A DNA stretch of 64,000 nucleotides, from NCBI GenBank assembly GCA_025927545.1, contig JAICLE010000006.1:11040-75039 (forward strand), read 5' to 3'. The position numbers were made by a program, and so were the translations under genes. Under the pieces are notes generated by a model. That model saw nothing but the letters and a program-made list of their open reading frames with translations. It did not search any database and was not told the origin of the DNA. Source of the DNA: Gemmatimonadales bacterium. GTDB taxonomy: Bacteria > Gemmatimonadota > Gemmatimonadetes > Gemmatimonadales > GWC2-71-9. Positions 63,914 to 64,000 of this stretch are shown here, in pieces; positions within the stretch are counted from its first letter, which is position 1, and each line of letters starts with the position of its first letter.

Positions 63914-64000
63914 ATGCGTGCCCGGCCGATTCCCCTGCTGCTGCTTGCCGCCGCCGCGTGCTCGTCCAATGACCGGAGTGGGCCGGGCGTGCCGCCGGAC
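63914..64000 (+). CDS. 5' end of a putative lipoprotein gene (continues beyond window)
   Basis: ATG 63914 is preceded by GGAGA. MRARPIPLLLLAAAACSSN is a signal peptide with lipobox. Only 29 codons are visible. Confidence 0.35.
   Translation, partial: MRARPIPLLLLAAAACSSNDRSGPGVPPD

Overview
GC-rich bacterial chromosomal segment that is almost entirely coding (about 60 genes). Many neighbours share overlapping stop/start codons (ATGA, GTGA, TTGA). By eye I found no rRNA, tRNA, CRISPR array, transposase or prophage genes. All assignments rest on motifs recognised in the translations; no similarity search was run. Gene content loosely suggests a Gemmatimonadota or FCB-like organism, but that is an unverified inference.

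Gene order:
- rpoA (3' part)-rplQ, then rpmB on the opposite strand.
- gmd plus a GDP-sugar reductase-like SDR, carB, murB.
- A UDP-sugar modification set: WbpD-, WbpE- and WbpA-like genes, ugd, and a UDP-GlcA epimerase-like gene.
- A TPR protein, a lipoprotein and bamD, then nadD-secA.
- On the minus strand, a selenocysteine-containing periplasmic formate dehydrogenase operon: alpha, FeS subunit, NrfD-type anchor, small lipoprotein, fdhE, hypothetical.
- An nfu-like gene, a Big_2 lipoprotein, a SARP-domain::Ser/Thr kinase fusion, radC.
- A GH15 glucoamylase divergent from a coupled glk-gnd-zwf-HAD-tal-tkt-pgl operon.
- rel, then a LysM / lipoprotein / EVE / paralogous lipoprotein set.
- potABCD-like genes (minus strand), a class-III aminotransferase, uvrB, tsaE-tsaB-rimI, ssb, a LysM protein, an epimerase.
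- tolQ-tolR-tolA-tolB-pal-cpoB, followed by a single 1170-codon ORF that fuses a complete TatC to an LptD-like outer-membrane protein.

Most notable observations:
- The TatC::LptD-like fusion.
- The FDH alpha gene, which the ORF track splits at an in-frame UGA followed by an fdhF-like SECIS hairpin.
- An unlisted small lipoprotein gene inside the FDH operon.
- The SARP-kinase fusion.
- A perfect 14-bp palindrome between the glucoamylase gene and the glk-PPP operon.
- An array of inverted CGTGAG/CTCACG repeats upstream of the sugar-modification genes.
- A 6-codon uORF overlapping the epimerase start codon.

The many long antisense or out-of-frame ORFs in the track are treated as high-GC artefacts.
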